Positions 48,845 to 58,460 of a stretch of DNA of 64,000 nucleotides are shown piece after piece. The notes under the pieces are model-generated. The model was not told the DNA's origin, did not search any database, and was given only the letters and a program-made list of their open reading frames with translations. The DNA lies in the IMG/VR virus record IMGVR_UViG_3300042356_000546, one strand, 5' to 3'. A program made the translations under genes and the position numbers. The stretch is from an uncultured virus (IMG/VR IMGVR_UViG_3300042356_000546) (Duplodnaviria > Heunggongvirae > Uroviricota > Caudoviricetes). How positions within the stretch are numbered: the first letter of the stretch is position 1; the number at the start of each line of letters is the position of its first letter.

Positions 48845-49786
48845 TTATACACTAATTGCTAGGTGCTTTGCAACACCAAAGTTGTATTTCCACTCTCGTT
48901 GTTTAGTGTGATACAAGACTGCTCCGATAGAACTAGATGGATCTCCTGGATTAGGTAAACTCCACCTGTACTTAAATGCAGGTTCCACAAATCGTTTATT
49001 AGCATCTGAATTCATAGCACAACCGCCCATATAAACTAGACAGTCAGTGTTGACTAATTTCTTAGCTTCTAGCATAACCATACGGATTTGATCTTCAAAC
49101 ACTCGTTGAACTGCGGCAGCAATATCGTAACGGTCTTGTTCATTTCCAATGTCATGCGGCCAATCGAGGATGCCCTTGTGCATGTTCTTACCAGAGATTA
49201 ATAGTCCGCTCATGTATTTGTGAACATCATGTTTATAACGATGTGGGTCGCCCTTCTTAGCCATTTGTTGCAATAGATATTCGTCTTGTATTGGAGTCAT
49301 TCCTAACAAGTTAGTAAATGCGCTATAGAATAGCCCTAGACTATTAGGATAACTTCTGCTCCACACTTTGCGCATTTCTCCGTGTAGGCCTTCCCATATG
49401 GTAGCACATTCAAATTCACCTATGGCGTCGAGTACCACAATAGCACAATGATTAAAAGGACTGGTATAGTAGCCTGCGGCTGCATGACTACCATGATGCG
49501 GTGTATAAGTGATCGGAGCATAATGTTGCGCTTTCATATATCTACGTGGAAGTACCTTCATATCTAAGGCACGATGCCACTGTCCTGCGTATGCCTGTCT
49601 TGCTTTCTTTATCCAGGGTCGTTCGTACCAAAAGATACGATCTGGTGCTCCAAGATGCAGGGCATCGGTAATTATTTTGCTGTCTAATTCATCCGAAGAA
49701 CCCACTTGATTGGACCACAGACTGCCGTCCTTGAATACAGCAAGACTACTTCCATGATTAAGGGCATTTACCCCCCACATGATCAT
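48845..49786 (-). CDS. Carbamoyltransferase (NodU/CmcH) N-terminal Kae1-like domain, stand-alone
   Basis: HHGSHAAAGYYTSPF, VLDAIGE, SLGLFYS, GGCAMN, PGD; C-terminal domain absent. Confidence 0.85.
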   Translation of the reverse strand: MIMWGVNALNHGSSLAVFKDGSLWSNQVGSSDELDSKIITDALHLGAPDRIFWYERPWIKKARQAYAGQWHRALDMKVLPRRYMKAQHYAPITYTPHHGSHAAAGYYTSPFNHCAIVVLDAIGEFECATIWEGLHGEMRKVWSRSYPNSLGLFYSAFTNLLGMTPIQDEYLLQQMAKKGDPHRYKHDVHKYMSGLLISGKNMHKGILDWPHDIGNEQDRYDIAAAVQRVFEDQIRMVMLEAKKLVNTDCLVYMGGCAMNSDANKRFVEPAFKYRWSLPNPGDPSSSIGAVLYHTKQREWKYNFGVAKHLAISV

Positions 49787-49899
49787 TTGTAGATAAATGG
49801 ATCACGTTTACGCAATTCTTCTAAACGTTTTTTCCATGCCTTGCGTTCTTGATACTTGTGCCACGGATATAAAATAAAATCTAATATTTTTTTAATCAT
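49783..49899 (-). CDS. Small conserved peptide (38 aa)
   Basis: MIKKILDFILYPWHKYQERKAWKKRLEELRKRDPFIYK*; overlaps both neighbours. Confidence 0.6.
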   Translation of the reverse strand: MIKKILDFILYPWHKYQERKAWKKRLEELRKRDPFIYK

Positions 49900-50914
49900 T
49901 TTGATTCTCCAATACTGCTATCTTGTTTAGCATCTTTCTTTTTTCAATTTCAATCTTTGCAGGATTTGCCGTTGCTGTTTTTATAGCATCAACAACAACA
50001 AATAGTTTGCCATATTTTTTCACAGCGTCTGCACAATCTTTCACAGAGTCATCCCAAGTTGGAAATGCAATTGACCAACCTAGTTCTTTAGCTTGATCTA
50101 TTAGAAACGTGCCTGCTTTATCTTGATCTGGGATCACAATCACTTCTTTGCCTATACTGTTAATTATCCGAGCCTGTTGGTCGGAGATTTCATTAGTGAG
50201 CAAGGCCACCCCGCCGACGCTGATAGCGTCAAATGGGCCTTCTACCACAAACAGATATCTATGTGCCTCACATTGTTCGTCAACGTTGAACACAAAGAAT
50301 GGATGTTGATCGGACAAATACTTGGGCTTTCCGTCTGTGACTTTACGTGCTGTGTTGCCTACAATTTTTCCAAGATATTTGAAAGCAATGATGACACGAT
50401 CTGCATAGCCTGCTTCTGGACTCCAGAAGAAGTGATCGCTCAACGGATCGTAGCCTCTACCTACCACATATTCTACCGCCTTGATCAACTGTTGTTCTTG
50501 AACATCAGTCAATTGAGAATCCAACCATTCAATTAAAGGTAATGCACCTTCGGGCAAGGGCTTTTCTGTGAATGTGGGTTTTTCTACAAATGCTTCTGGT
50601 TGATATTCTGTAGATTCGGTTTTCATCGCTTCAAATATCAACTGCTTGATATCGTCGTCATTGGCGCCTAACCATTGACAAAGACTTTTAAATTTAGCAG
50701 TGATTGGGGAGCCGGGTTTCCAACCTGTAGAATATTTGCAATTGAAACAATTATAGACAACACTGTCTGTAATAATAATACCGCCACGCTTTCTAGTGTC
50801 GTGTGCATGACCTCTATGCTGACAGCAAGGAGCATTGAAACTAATCCAGCCGCTGGGACTGGTCTTTAATTTTGAAGGAAGGAGAGTTCTAAACTTATCA
50901 AGAACAAGAGTCAT
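49892..50914 (-). CDS. DNA primase (T4 gp61-like)
   Basis: Zinc-binding cysteines (PCC...CFNC); TOPRIM VVEGPFD and PDQD; KD. Confidence 0.88.
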   Translation of the reverse strand: MTLVLDKFRTLLPSKLKTSPSGWISFNAPCCQHRGHAHDTRKRGGIIITDSVVYNCFNCKYSTGWKPGSPITAKFKSLCQWLGANDDDIKQLIFEAMKTESTEYQPEAFVEKPTFTEKPLPEGALPLIEWLDSQLTDVQEQQLIKAVEYVVGRGYDPLSDHFFWSPEAGYADRVIIAFKYLGKIVGNTARKVTDGKPKYLSDQHPFFVFNVDEQCEAHRYLFVVEGPFDAISVGGVALLTNEISDQQARIINSIGKEVIVIPDQDKAGTFLIDQAKELGWSIAFPTWDDSVKDCADAVKKYGKLFVVVDAIKTATANPAKIEIEKRKMLNKIAVLENQND

Positions 50915-50926
50915 ACATACAGTATA

Positions 50927-51739
50927 CTATCTATATAGTACGCTGTCAACTTTTCCTGTGTTTGATAAATCCGGAATATATTTGATTCTAAACCAATTGA
51001 ATTTGCCAGTGATGTTTTGATAAAGAACAGGATCCTGCATGGCACTTATAGTTTCTAGATCAACCCAGCGTTCAGGATTTCCGCCTGCACTTTGACTGCC
51101 CTGAATGATGATATCGCCAATGTAATTGGACATGTTGATTTGGAATGTATGCAGACTCTGCGGAGTACCGTACTGGGGTTGTGCATCAATAATACCACTG
51201 ATATAGTATAATGATGTGCCGGGGTCGTAAGGTTGATAATTTTTAAATTCTTTTATTACTAGACTATCAACTGGTTCTCCGAATACATCCCCAGTGATTT
51301 CTATGGGGCTAAATGCGCCATACTGACTATCTATATACAAGGAGTTTTTAGCCGTGGTCACATGTGCATCACCATCAAGCGTTCGTGTCTCGGTGTTTAC
51401 AGAGTATTGATAAAAGCCAGGTTCGATGTCTCTCAATTCCGAATTGTATAAAATAACATATGCCTTGCCGCTCGACGCACTCTGAATTACACAATCCTTT
51501 TGCAGTATGAGTTCTTTAGATTCTCTATTCACTAGATTGAAAACTAGATATGATCCTGTTATGTCTTGGGCCTTCTGGTCAGAATTACGCACCTGCAGGT
51601 CTATTCTGTTATCGACACCTCGATGGATTTTTAAGTTGCGATTATACACTCTACGATACCTCTCTGTTTGCCAGGCGGCTAACGTATTTGTAAATACGTC
51701 TATCTTGTTTGGATATAAATAAACTGAAATAAGTTGCAT
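50927..51739 (-). CDS. Conserved hypothetical, probably structural protein
   Basis: Beta-rich; TAAATA motif upstream. Confidence 0.6.
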   Translation of the reverse strand: MQLISVYLYPNKIDVFTNTLAAWQTERYRRVYNRNLKIHRGVDNRIDLQVRNSDQKAQDITGSYLVFNLVNRESKELILQKDCVIQSASSGKAYVILYNSELRDIEPGFYQYSVNTETRTLDGDAHVTTAKNSLYIDSQYGAFSPIEITGDVFGEPVDSLVIKEFKNYQPYDPGTSLYYISGIIDAQPQYGTPQSLHTFQINMSNYIGDIIIQGSQSAGGNPERWVDLETISAMQDPVLYQNITGKFNWFRIKYIPDLSNTGKVDSVLYR

Positions 51740-51768
51740 ACACTAGCGGACCTTTACACTATTTATCT

Positions 51769-52140
51769 ATGAGAATCACACATAACTTACAAGAAAACTT
51801 TCCTTTTATCAGTGTTGTAACCCACGTTGATCAGGAATATGTGGGTATCATAATCAACCAAGATTCTGCTATCACCAGCATGTATGACTATGCACACATC
51901 AAAACTGAAGAAGAAAAAGCAAAATTCTTAGAACTAGGAGAAGTTTGGTGGTGGGAATCAAATAGACAGATTCCTATTAATATATTTTTACTTAAAGAAA
52001 TTTATGCTTTCCGATACACCATCAAAAACTTTTCAACCAAAGATGTCAAGGTGTTATTTGGTCCCTGTACCAGCCTTAATAATATCATTGTAAAACGTAT
52101 CAAGCGCAAATCAATCACATTGGTTAGACGGGCTACTTGA
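51769..52140 (+). CDS. Conserved hypothetical protein
   Basis: WWWESNRQIPINIFL. Confidence 0.65.
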   Translation: MRITHNLQENFPFISVVTHVDQEYVGIIINQDSAITSMYDYAHIKTEEEKAKFLELGEVWWWESNRQIPINIFLLKEIYAFRYTIKNFSTKDVKVLFGPCTSLNNIIVKRIKRKSITLVRRAT

Positions 52141-52693
52141 TGCCAATAATCATTACTCGATTAAAGGCCTTGTCTTCAAATTCAAATCTTTTAATGCCAT
52201 CGTAGAGCTGTTCGCTCATGGGGTACTTTAGCATTAGGTCCTTGATACTGGACATAGAATTAACATGATCCTCATCTAGCATATCGCTGGCCTGTAGACA
52301 TACCACTGTGCCCGCTGGGATATTTGCGTACCATTGACTCGAAGTCATGTGCTCAACACTGGAATTTATAATCACATCTGGTCTTGGTTTATATTCCAAC
52401 AGATTGATGTCAACGGTATGTGCCTTGAATTCCCAAGCTCGATAGACCCATAGATTGTTGATGGCCTCTGCTATAGGTTCACATGCGGGATCTTGGTCAA
52501 AGCTACGGACCTCCAGCACAGGTATTTTATTTCTAGTACGGATTAAAAAATTAGCCAAGGCATACCATCCCGCTAAAATCCATATACGATAACCGTCCTC
52601 AATAGGTCTATGTTCTTCAAGTGTACGCTCTAATCGATCCACGAGCCAAATCTTGCTCTGTATCTGAGCACTGCTAAAGGCATCAAAGTTCAT
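52133..52693 (-). CDS. SAM-dependent methyltransferase-like protein
   Basis: SKIWL, ILAGWY, SFDQD, INSSVEHM. Confidence 0.6.
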   Translation of the reverse strand: MNFDAFSSAQIQSKIWLVDRLERTLEEHRPIEDGYRIWILAGWYALANFLIRTRNKIPVLEVRSFDQDPACEPIAEAINNLWVYRAWEFKAHTVDINLLEYKPRPDVIINSSVEHMTSSQWYANIPAGTVVCLQASDMLDEDHVNSMSSIKDLMLKYPMSEQLYDGIKRFEFEDKAFNRVMIIGIK

Positions 52694-53268
52694 TGGAATC
52701 CATAACTAATCTGTTCACAGATTAAATTCATCTGTACAACGATAGCAACAGCATAGGCAGTGGCATGACTCTTCTTAAAGTAGTAATCACCAGTCTCTGG
52801 CTTGGTCCATACTTCCGTCATGATCGTCGTCCAAGGCTTCCCAATCAGATAACGTTTGGCTGGGCGGATCATAGCTAGGACGGCAGATAATTGTTCCACG
52901 GAAGTCGGTAGGGTCTTCCGGATTATATCTCCATGCCCGTTCAAATGAAATAACAGATTTACAAATTCGTCTTGTTGAAGTAAGTCCCATAGTGGCTCCT
53001 GATTCATTAGATAAACTAGATGTTCTTCATCACGAACACCTTTATAAATTCCAACATTGAGAAAATCTATTTTAAAATACTTTTCTTCTTCTGCCTGTTC
53101 ATAGGGAAGTTGACATAGACCACTAACTGCATCTACAGGAACAGCGTGTAGATATACACCTGTGTTATGCTTGACCAATCGTTGATTGTCTAGTCTACTG
53201 GCAGGGATGTGTTCAAACAATTTTAATGCTTGATCGCGGTCTACAAAGTCTATGTCAATATCCGGCAT
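52690..53268 (-). CDS. Miniature DnaE (DNA polymerase III alpha) catalytic-core homolog, 192 aa
   Basis: PDIDIDF, HNTGVY, KIDFLN, AMIRP, YYFKKSHATAYA. Confidence 0.8.
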   Translation of the reverse strand: MPDIDIDFVDRDQALKLFEHIPASRLDNQRLVKHNTGVYLHAVPVDAVSGLCQLPYEQAEEEKYFKIDFLNVGIYKGVRDEEHLVYLMNQEPLWDLLQQDEFVNLLFHLNGHGDIIRKTLPTSVEQLSAVLAMIRPAKRYLIGKPWTTIMTEVWTKPETGDYYFKKSHATAYAVAIVVQMNLICEQISYGFQ

Positions 53269-53516
53269 TAGTTCAATCTCGTGGTTTCAAACAATAGCAA
53301 AGGCAATGTATCTGCTAGAAACTGTGCATACTCTTCAGAATCTTCGCGATCATTGAACCCCGTAAATTTTACAAATACATCGTCGGAATCTTCCGCAATC
53401 ACTATCTCAATGTCTATATCGTCTCTAGATATATGTTCTTCGTTGTGTGCTAACTCTACTTCTTCGTCTTCTACAGGTGGTGCGCTTGCTTCTTCTTTTC
53501 TTTTCTTATAAATCAT
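53268..53516 (-). CDS. Acidic hypothetical protein
   Basis: Coupled within the operon. Confidence 0.6.
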   Translation of the reverse strand: MIYKKRKEEASAPPVEDEEVELAHNEEHISRDDIDIEIVIAEDSDDVFVKFTGFNDREDSEEYAQFLADTLPLLLFETTRLN

Positions 53517-54232
53517 AATATTTTCGCCTCCTTGATGACGTCTTTAACTAACTCTACATCTGCGGGTAAAGATTTAAAACGTCTGGACCAATAGTTAGGA
53601 TCAATAATTGGACCAACTATATCTAGTTGCTCATCATTCATACGCTTTAACATTTCCTTCCCCGACTTGCTATTTAACACCATCCACGGACTAATCAATC
53701 CTTCCTTGATATCGTGCGTAGCGCGGTTGAGATTAACGTATTGAAAGTAGTGTTCCCAGGGGGCTGAGTTAGCATCACTCCATTCCATCATGGTTTTGAT
53801 GGTTCTCTGTATTGCACCGTCTGCTGGTTCTATTTTTATCAGCTCACTGATATAGGTATCATAAAGTTCATCTCTGCACCAATGATCTAGTTTTACTCCA
53901 CTCTTGACCACAAAGTCAATAAATCTCTCTGGATAGATAGGAGCAGTGTTTACAAGAAAACTACCAAACTTTACCATGGCATTGTAGAATGAACTACCTG
54001 CAAAATCATCAAAGGTCTTGGGACTAGAACCTCGCTGTGCCAGTTCATAAAATCGTTGGAATGTTAACAGGCCTGCCTGAACATGTCTTTCATTCTTGCT
54101 CATGTGTCTACGTTTCTGTTCACAGACATGCACAGCCAAAGTTTTTTCTTTGACAAATTCTTTGCCGCAGTATTCGCACTTATAATTTAATGTCTGCAAT
54201 TTGCTTCTTATCCCAACCAAGGTCCTTAGCAT
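53513..54232 (-). CDS. Zinc-finger-containing conserved protein (start uncertain)
   Basis: YKCEYCGKEF...LAVHVC. Confidence 0.7.
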   Translation of the reverse strand: MLRTLVGIRSKLQTLNYKCEYCGKEFVKEKTLAVHVCEQKRRHMSKNERHVQAGLLTFQRFYELAQRGSSPKTFDDFAGSSFYNAMVKFGSFLVNTAPIYPERFIDFVVKSGVKLDHWCRDELYDTYISELIKIEPADGAIQRTIKTMMEWSDANSAPWEHYFQYVNLNRATHDIKEGLISPWMVLNSKSGKEMLKRMNDEQLDIVGPIIDPNYWSRRFKSLPADVELVKDVIKEAKIL

Positions 54233-54656
54233 ATTCTTTTATTTCTTTGTCTGTAGTTATTGCTGCTAGAGTTTCAACATCTGTCATTTTCATGTTCGGA
54301 AACAGCTCTGCTAGAAAATCTACTTTTTTATTTTTTTGTTTTTTAAGAGGAATCCATTCATGAAAATAGGTTTGACCTGTGCCTCTACTACAGGCACACA
54401 ACGACTGCCAAACCAGTTTGGGATGTTTTTGAATATTATTCCAATTTTTATTGTAGTATTCATTTACGGTCAAAACAAAATGCTCTTGAAGCGACCGATC
54501 ACTGCTTTTAACACTGCTGATATATCTATTAAGATTCCAGAAATCTCCTTTGATCTCTTTCCTTCCATCATCAGTGGCGGCATCCCATAAGTCTTTCATT
54601 CCAAGATCAACTGCTGGAATTATTTCTTTAAAGAGGTCTATGTGTTTATTTGCCAT
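54180..54656 (-). CDS. Possible clamp-loader small subunit (gp62-like)
   Basis: Size, replication-gene context, NRYISS...KHPKL. Confidence 0.45.
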   Translation of the reverse strand: MANKHIDLFKEIIPAVDLGMKDLWDAATDDGRKEIKGDFWNLNRYISSVKSSDRSLQEHFVLTVNEYYNKNWNNIQKHPKLVWQSLCACSRGTGQTYFHEWIPLKKQKNKKVDFLAELFPNMKMTDVETLAAITTDKEIKEYAKDLGWDKKQIADIKL

Positions 54657-54933
54657 TGTCTTTGCTTAGGTGATATATTATTATAACACGTTCTATTGCT
54701 TCTTGTAAAGTGGGATTTGTCCGGGCAGCCCGCCGAATTTTACCCCAAAGTTGATCTTCCATCATGTGATCGTGCAACGGTCTTCCATCACTCGTGCGCG
54801 GATCAAAGTTTGGATTATCTTTATTATACATCCACCCTTGTACTTGTTTATTCGAGTCGCCTGCTTCTGAGGCATATACAACGCTATCTTTGTGTTCGTA
54901 TGTATAGGTAGCACCTGGTTTAAGATTTCCCAT
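54646..54933 (-). CDS. Hypothetical protein
   Basis: Coupled within the operon. Confidence 0.6.
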   Translation of the reverse strand: MGNLKPGATYTYEHKDSVVYASEAGDSNKQVQGWMYNKDNPNFDPRTSDGRPLHDHMMEDQLWGKIRRAARTNPTLQEAIERVIIIYHLSKDNGK

Positions 54934-55276
54934 TTTTTGCGTACCCTACAGTTTCACGCTCTATATCATCGTGATCAAACTCTGCCCAATATAATTCAAA
55001 AGCAACACAATCAGCTACTGCTTCAAATTGATGATATTCTCCGGGTGCTACCTTTGTATACTCTCCGGCTCGTAAAAGTGTTTCATCAACTAGATCATAG
55101 TTGTTTTTCCAAACACGAATGATCATTTCACCTTTTTCTACAAAGAAGCCATTCCATTTGTATTGATGTTTATGCTTGGAACATGTGCCGCCTTTTTTGG
55201 CTTCAATGCGGTGAAATTCCAATACACCATTGGCTTCTAATAATTCTGTCTGTCCCCAAACTTTTCCTGCTTTCAT
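54920..55276 (-). CDS. Cupin-domain protein
   Basis: GKVWG, CSKHKH, PGEYHQF. Confidence 0.75.
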   Translation of the reverse strand: MKAGKVWGQTELLEANGVLEFHRIEAKKGGTCSKHKHQYKWNGFFVEKGEMIIRVWKNNYDLVDETLLRAGEYTKVAPGEYHQFEAVADCVAFELYWAEFDHDDIERETVGYAKNGKS

Positions 55277-55277
55277 T

Positions 55278-55784
55278 TTAAATAACCTTATCTAATTGTA
55301 AAATTTCGCTCTGTCTACTGATTTCTTTAACAAAATATGCACATGGCGGACTAGGACCATCATGCAATGGCACAGTGAGTAATTGTCCGTTTTTCATTTT
55401 AGGAAAGTACCATCTCACGTCTTGATAGATATTTACTATTTCAATGGGCATATACTCACATTTAAATCCATTTATGGGATTAAAAATAAATGCATCAAAT
55501 CCACGTTCATTTAGGCTGGTCAGGGGCAAAACTTCAGGGTCTAGTCCACAATCTCGATCTCCAACGATCATGCACCAGTCTAGTGGCATTTGTACTTCAT
55601 AACCTCCCACACTTAATAATATAGCAGGCGAGTTAAATGATTCCAAAAATATCAACGGCATAAAAAAGAAATCTGGTTCGTTAGGATTGGAATTATCTAA
55701 TACTGAAAATCTAGTGTCTTCGTCTACCTCATCTGGCAATTCGTTTAGATCAAAAGATCTATTGTTTAGGGTTAAAATTTTCAT
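55278..55784 (-). CDS. Conserved hypothetical protein
   Basis: PLIFLESFNSPA, WYFPK. Confidence 0.65.
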   Translation of the reverse strand: MKILTLNNRSFDLNELPDEVDEDTRFSVLDNSNPNEPDFFFMPLIFLESFNSPAILLSVGGYEVQMPLDWCMIVGDRDCGLDPEVLPLTSLNERGFDAFIFNPINGFKCEYMPIEIVNIYQDVRWYFPKMKNGQLLTVPLHDGPSPPCAYFVKEISRQSEILQLDKVI

Positions 55785-57235
55785 ATGGATACCTTGGTAA
55801 TTGTAAAGGGGTACTTGGCCTCTTTGTAAAATTTCTTTCGTTCAGTGAGATGTCGTTTGGAATATTTGCACTGTGAAGTTATGTCCCAGATTTCAACGTG
55901 GTCTTTGTCTTGCGCTTTTCTAATGCCTCGCCCAATACTTTGTATAACTCGGACAAAGCTCTTTCCGGGCTCCACAAGAACCAAATTAAAAATCCTAGGG
56001 ATATTAATACCCACAGCGGCCACACCATAAGTCGCCACAATAATCTTACCATCACTTGTTTTAATCTCGTCATATTCTTCTTTCCTATCGCCTAGCTTCA
56101 TTCCACCACTAACGAATACAGCTTCCGGTATGCGCTCAATCAATTTATTCCCAGTGTCAATTCTGTTGATTAACACTAGAGTATTTCCTGTTAAAGCTAG
56201 TGATTGTATTTTATTTGCCATCCAAGTAATTCTAGAATCGTCGGTGACCAAAAATGCATATTCGTCTGCAAAACTTCTAAATTCCTGTACTTCGTTGGTT
56301 TGCAAAATGTTAATTTGTAATTGTGCTAGAACGCCCTTCTCCTGTAGGTCATGTGCCGATACCTGATTGATAACTGGTCCGATGCTGGCAAGGATGCCTT
56401 GAAATTCCCATGCTTCTTTGGGAATAGTTCCCGTGAGTCCCCATCGTATAGCACAGTTGCTAAAGTTCTGTGTCAACAATTTCGTTAACACTTCTGCCTT
56501 GGCCTGATGAACTTCATCGATAATAATTGCAGATACTCCAGCAGTAAATTCAGCTAACGATAACACTTCGTCATCGTAACTTTTCTTATCGAGTACATTA
56601 AGACTTTGCCAGGTGCAGATAGTGTGCGTCTTACCTAATTCTTTTCTGTCGCCGAAGTATACACCCACATCTAGTCCAAGGTTTTTGTAGTCTTCTTCAG
56701 TTTGTACAACAAGAGATTTGTTCGGAACAATAACCATCGTACGCCCATACGCCTCACAAAGATGCGACAATGTCGCTGTAGTAATTGTTTTGCCTGCACC
56801 TGTAGCTACCTCCTGTAATGATTGTGAGTTTTCTAAAAACTTGTTAACAACGTCGTATTGATAATCACGAAGTACAATAGGAGTTCCTGCTTCAGGATGC
56901 CCCTTGGGCCATGTCTTGCCCTTGTCTGCCCAGTAGTTTTCTGTTATAGGAGCAAATTCTATCTTGGTGTGATGTCGTTGATCTTCAATATCTATTTCAT
57001 ATCCAGCTTCTTCTACGATGGGCAATATAACATCAAGGTGTGCAAGATAACCAGTACCACCGATGCTAAAATAGGTTTTTGTACCATCCCATCGACCCAG
57101 TTTGTATGATGGCATGTGTCGGGCATATGGTAGATCAAATTTCAATTTGTTAACAATTTTACGCCGTGTTTCAACACTGAGTCCTTCCAACTTGATATTA
57201 ACTTCATCTCGAATCACTAGTTTACAAACTGACAA
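55781..57235 (-). CDS. uvsW: Superfamily 2 DNA helicase, UvsW-like
   Basis: LRDYQ, ATGAGKT, IDEVH, GLTGT, QSIGRGIR. Confidence 0.88.
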   Translation of the reverse strand: MSVCKLVIRDEVNIKLEGLSVETRRKIVNKLKFDLPYARHMPSYKLGRWDGTKTYFSIGGTGYLAHLDVILPIVEEAGYEIDIEDQRHHTKIEFAPITENYWADKGKTWPKGHPEAGTPIVLRDYQYDVVNKFLENSQSLQEVATGAGKTITTATLSHLCEAYGRTMVIVPNKSLVVQTEEDYKNLGLDVGVYFGDRKELGKTHTICTWQSLNVLDKKSYDDEVLSLAEFTAGVSAIIIDEVHQAKAEVLTKLLTQNFSNCAIRWGLTGTIPKEAWEFQGILASIGPVINQVSAHDLQEKGVLAQLQINILQTNEVQEFRSFADEYAFLVTDDSRITWMANKIQSLALTGNTLVLINRIDTGNKLIERIPEAVFVSGGMKLGDRKEEYDEIKTSDGKIIVATYGVAAVGINIPRIFNLVLVEPGKSFVRVIQSIGRGIRKAQDKDHVEIWDITSQCKYSKRHLTERKKFYKEAKYPFTITKVSI

Positions 57236-58418
57236 TTTTCTGTTTCCTTGTAGGAGTTGGTTTTATGTCACTCAAATAACACACACAAGGATGAGTATCT
57301 AACCACACAGATGAAGTGGGTTCGTTGATTGGTGTGTAGCTATTTGTTACAACTATTTTAACATCAATGTTGTCTTTAAACAACCACTTAGGGGGTTTAT
57401 GAAAGAATATAAGTATTTTACCTTCTTGAACTTTACCACCAAGATTGTTGTCTTTGATCCATGCATTTAGCTGAGATTTCTTTTCAGTGGGGTCTCGAAA
57501 ACACACCCTGATATCTGATCTTGGTATACCGGCAATATCAGCAGACTCGACAAATTTTTGCAACCAATCAATGCTGTCTTGAGTATTGCGATCAATTAAC
57601 ACACAGACAATCCCATCGACCTGCTTGTAAAGGTCAAAGAAATCTCTATTAGATTTCATCCAAAAAAATCTTGATTTAGATGAACAGATAACCTCAAGTT
57701 TGGTCTCTATTGGTCGATCAAATCGAGTAGGATACCCCATGCTTTTGGCCAAGAATATATTTTGGTCTATATCATCCTGTTTGTGTTTTTGATAAAATAG
57801 TTCTGCATCTTCAGTGGCATTACACAGCACTAATTCACCAGCTGTGATATATGCACAGGGGATAATTTGATCCTGTTGATCCCAAATCTCTGCCACTGTG
57901 TCAACCAACGTGAGAAAAGTGTCATCAAGTTCAAAGTCATGCTTTCTGCAAAATTCTTCAAGCTGTATGATATTATATTTGTAAACATTTAGCACACGCA
58001 GTTTTCTATCACTGTCCCAGGTGTTGGAACTGTATGGTGTATTTTCAGTATGAAATTCTTTTTCGAAGGCTTCTTTCAATGCATATGGAAATTTTAAACA
58101 CACTGTGATCTCACCCTCTTCGGACTGTTCTACAAATATTTTTCTAGTAAGATCTAATTTTCTAAAGGTGGTTTTCCATATAGGTGTGTCTATCAACGTG
58201 CCATAATCTATGCCGAGACTGTTGGCAAACGTTTTGTACTTGGACAGAATTTTCAGTAAAAAACCACCTTGATTAGCAGTTAATTGATTACCGAGATCTA
58301 GTGTATTATAGAATCCATGTATGGCAGCACGATCTTGATCTTGCAAGATTGTTATATCAAACAGTGTCTGATTATAAAATTCAACTAATAGATCTTCTAC
58401 ACAAGAAAATTTTGTCAT
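57222..58418 (-). CDS. Hypothetical protein
   Basis: 398-aa ORF coupled to the helicase. Confidence 0.7.
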   Translation of the reverse strand: MTKFSCVEDLLVEFYNQTLFDITILQDQDRAAIHGFYNTLDLGNQLTANQGGFLLKILSKYKTFANSLGIDYGTLIDTPIWKTTFRKLDLTRKIFVEQSEEGEITVCLKFPYALKEAFEKEFHTENTPYSSNTWDSDRKLRVLNVYKYNIIQLEEFCRKHDFELDDTFLTLVDTVAEIWDQQDQIIPCAYITAGELVLCNATEDAELFYQKHKQDDIDQNIFLAKSMGYPTRFDRPIETKLEVICSSKSRFFWMKSNRDFFDLYKQVDGIVCVLIDRNTQDSIDWLQKFVESADIAGIPRSDIRVCFRDPTEKKSQLNAWIKDNNLGGKVQEGKILIFFHKPPKWLFKDNIDVKIVVTNSYTPINEPTSSVWLDTHPCVCYLSDIKPTPTRKQKIVSL

Positions 58419-58460
58419 ACTAATACTATACTGTATTTCTTAACAAAAGTCAATGATTTT

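Noticed and set aside
46786..57235. Inteins or introns in the helicases, primase or DnaE-like gene
   Set aside because: Protein lengths leave no room for an insertion, and no splice-junction motifs or embedded homing nucleases were seen.
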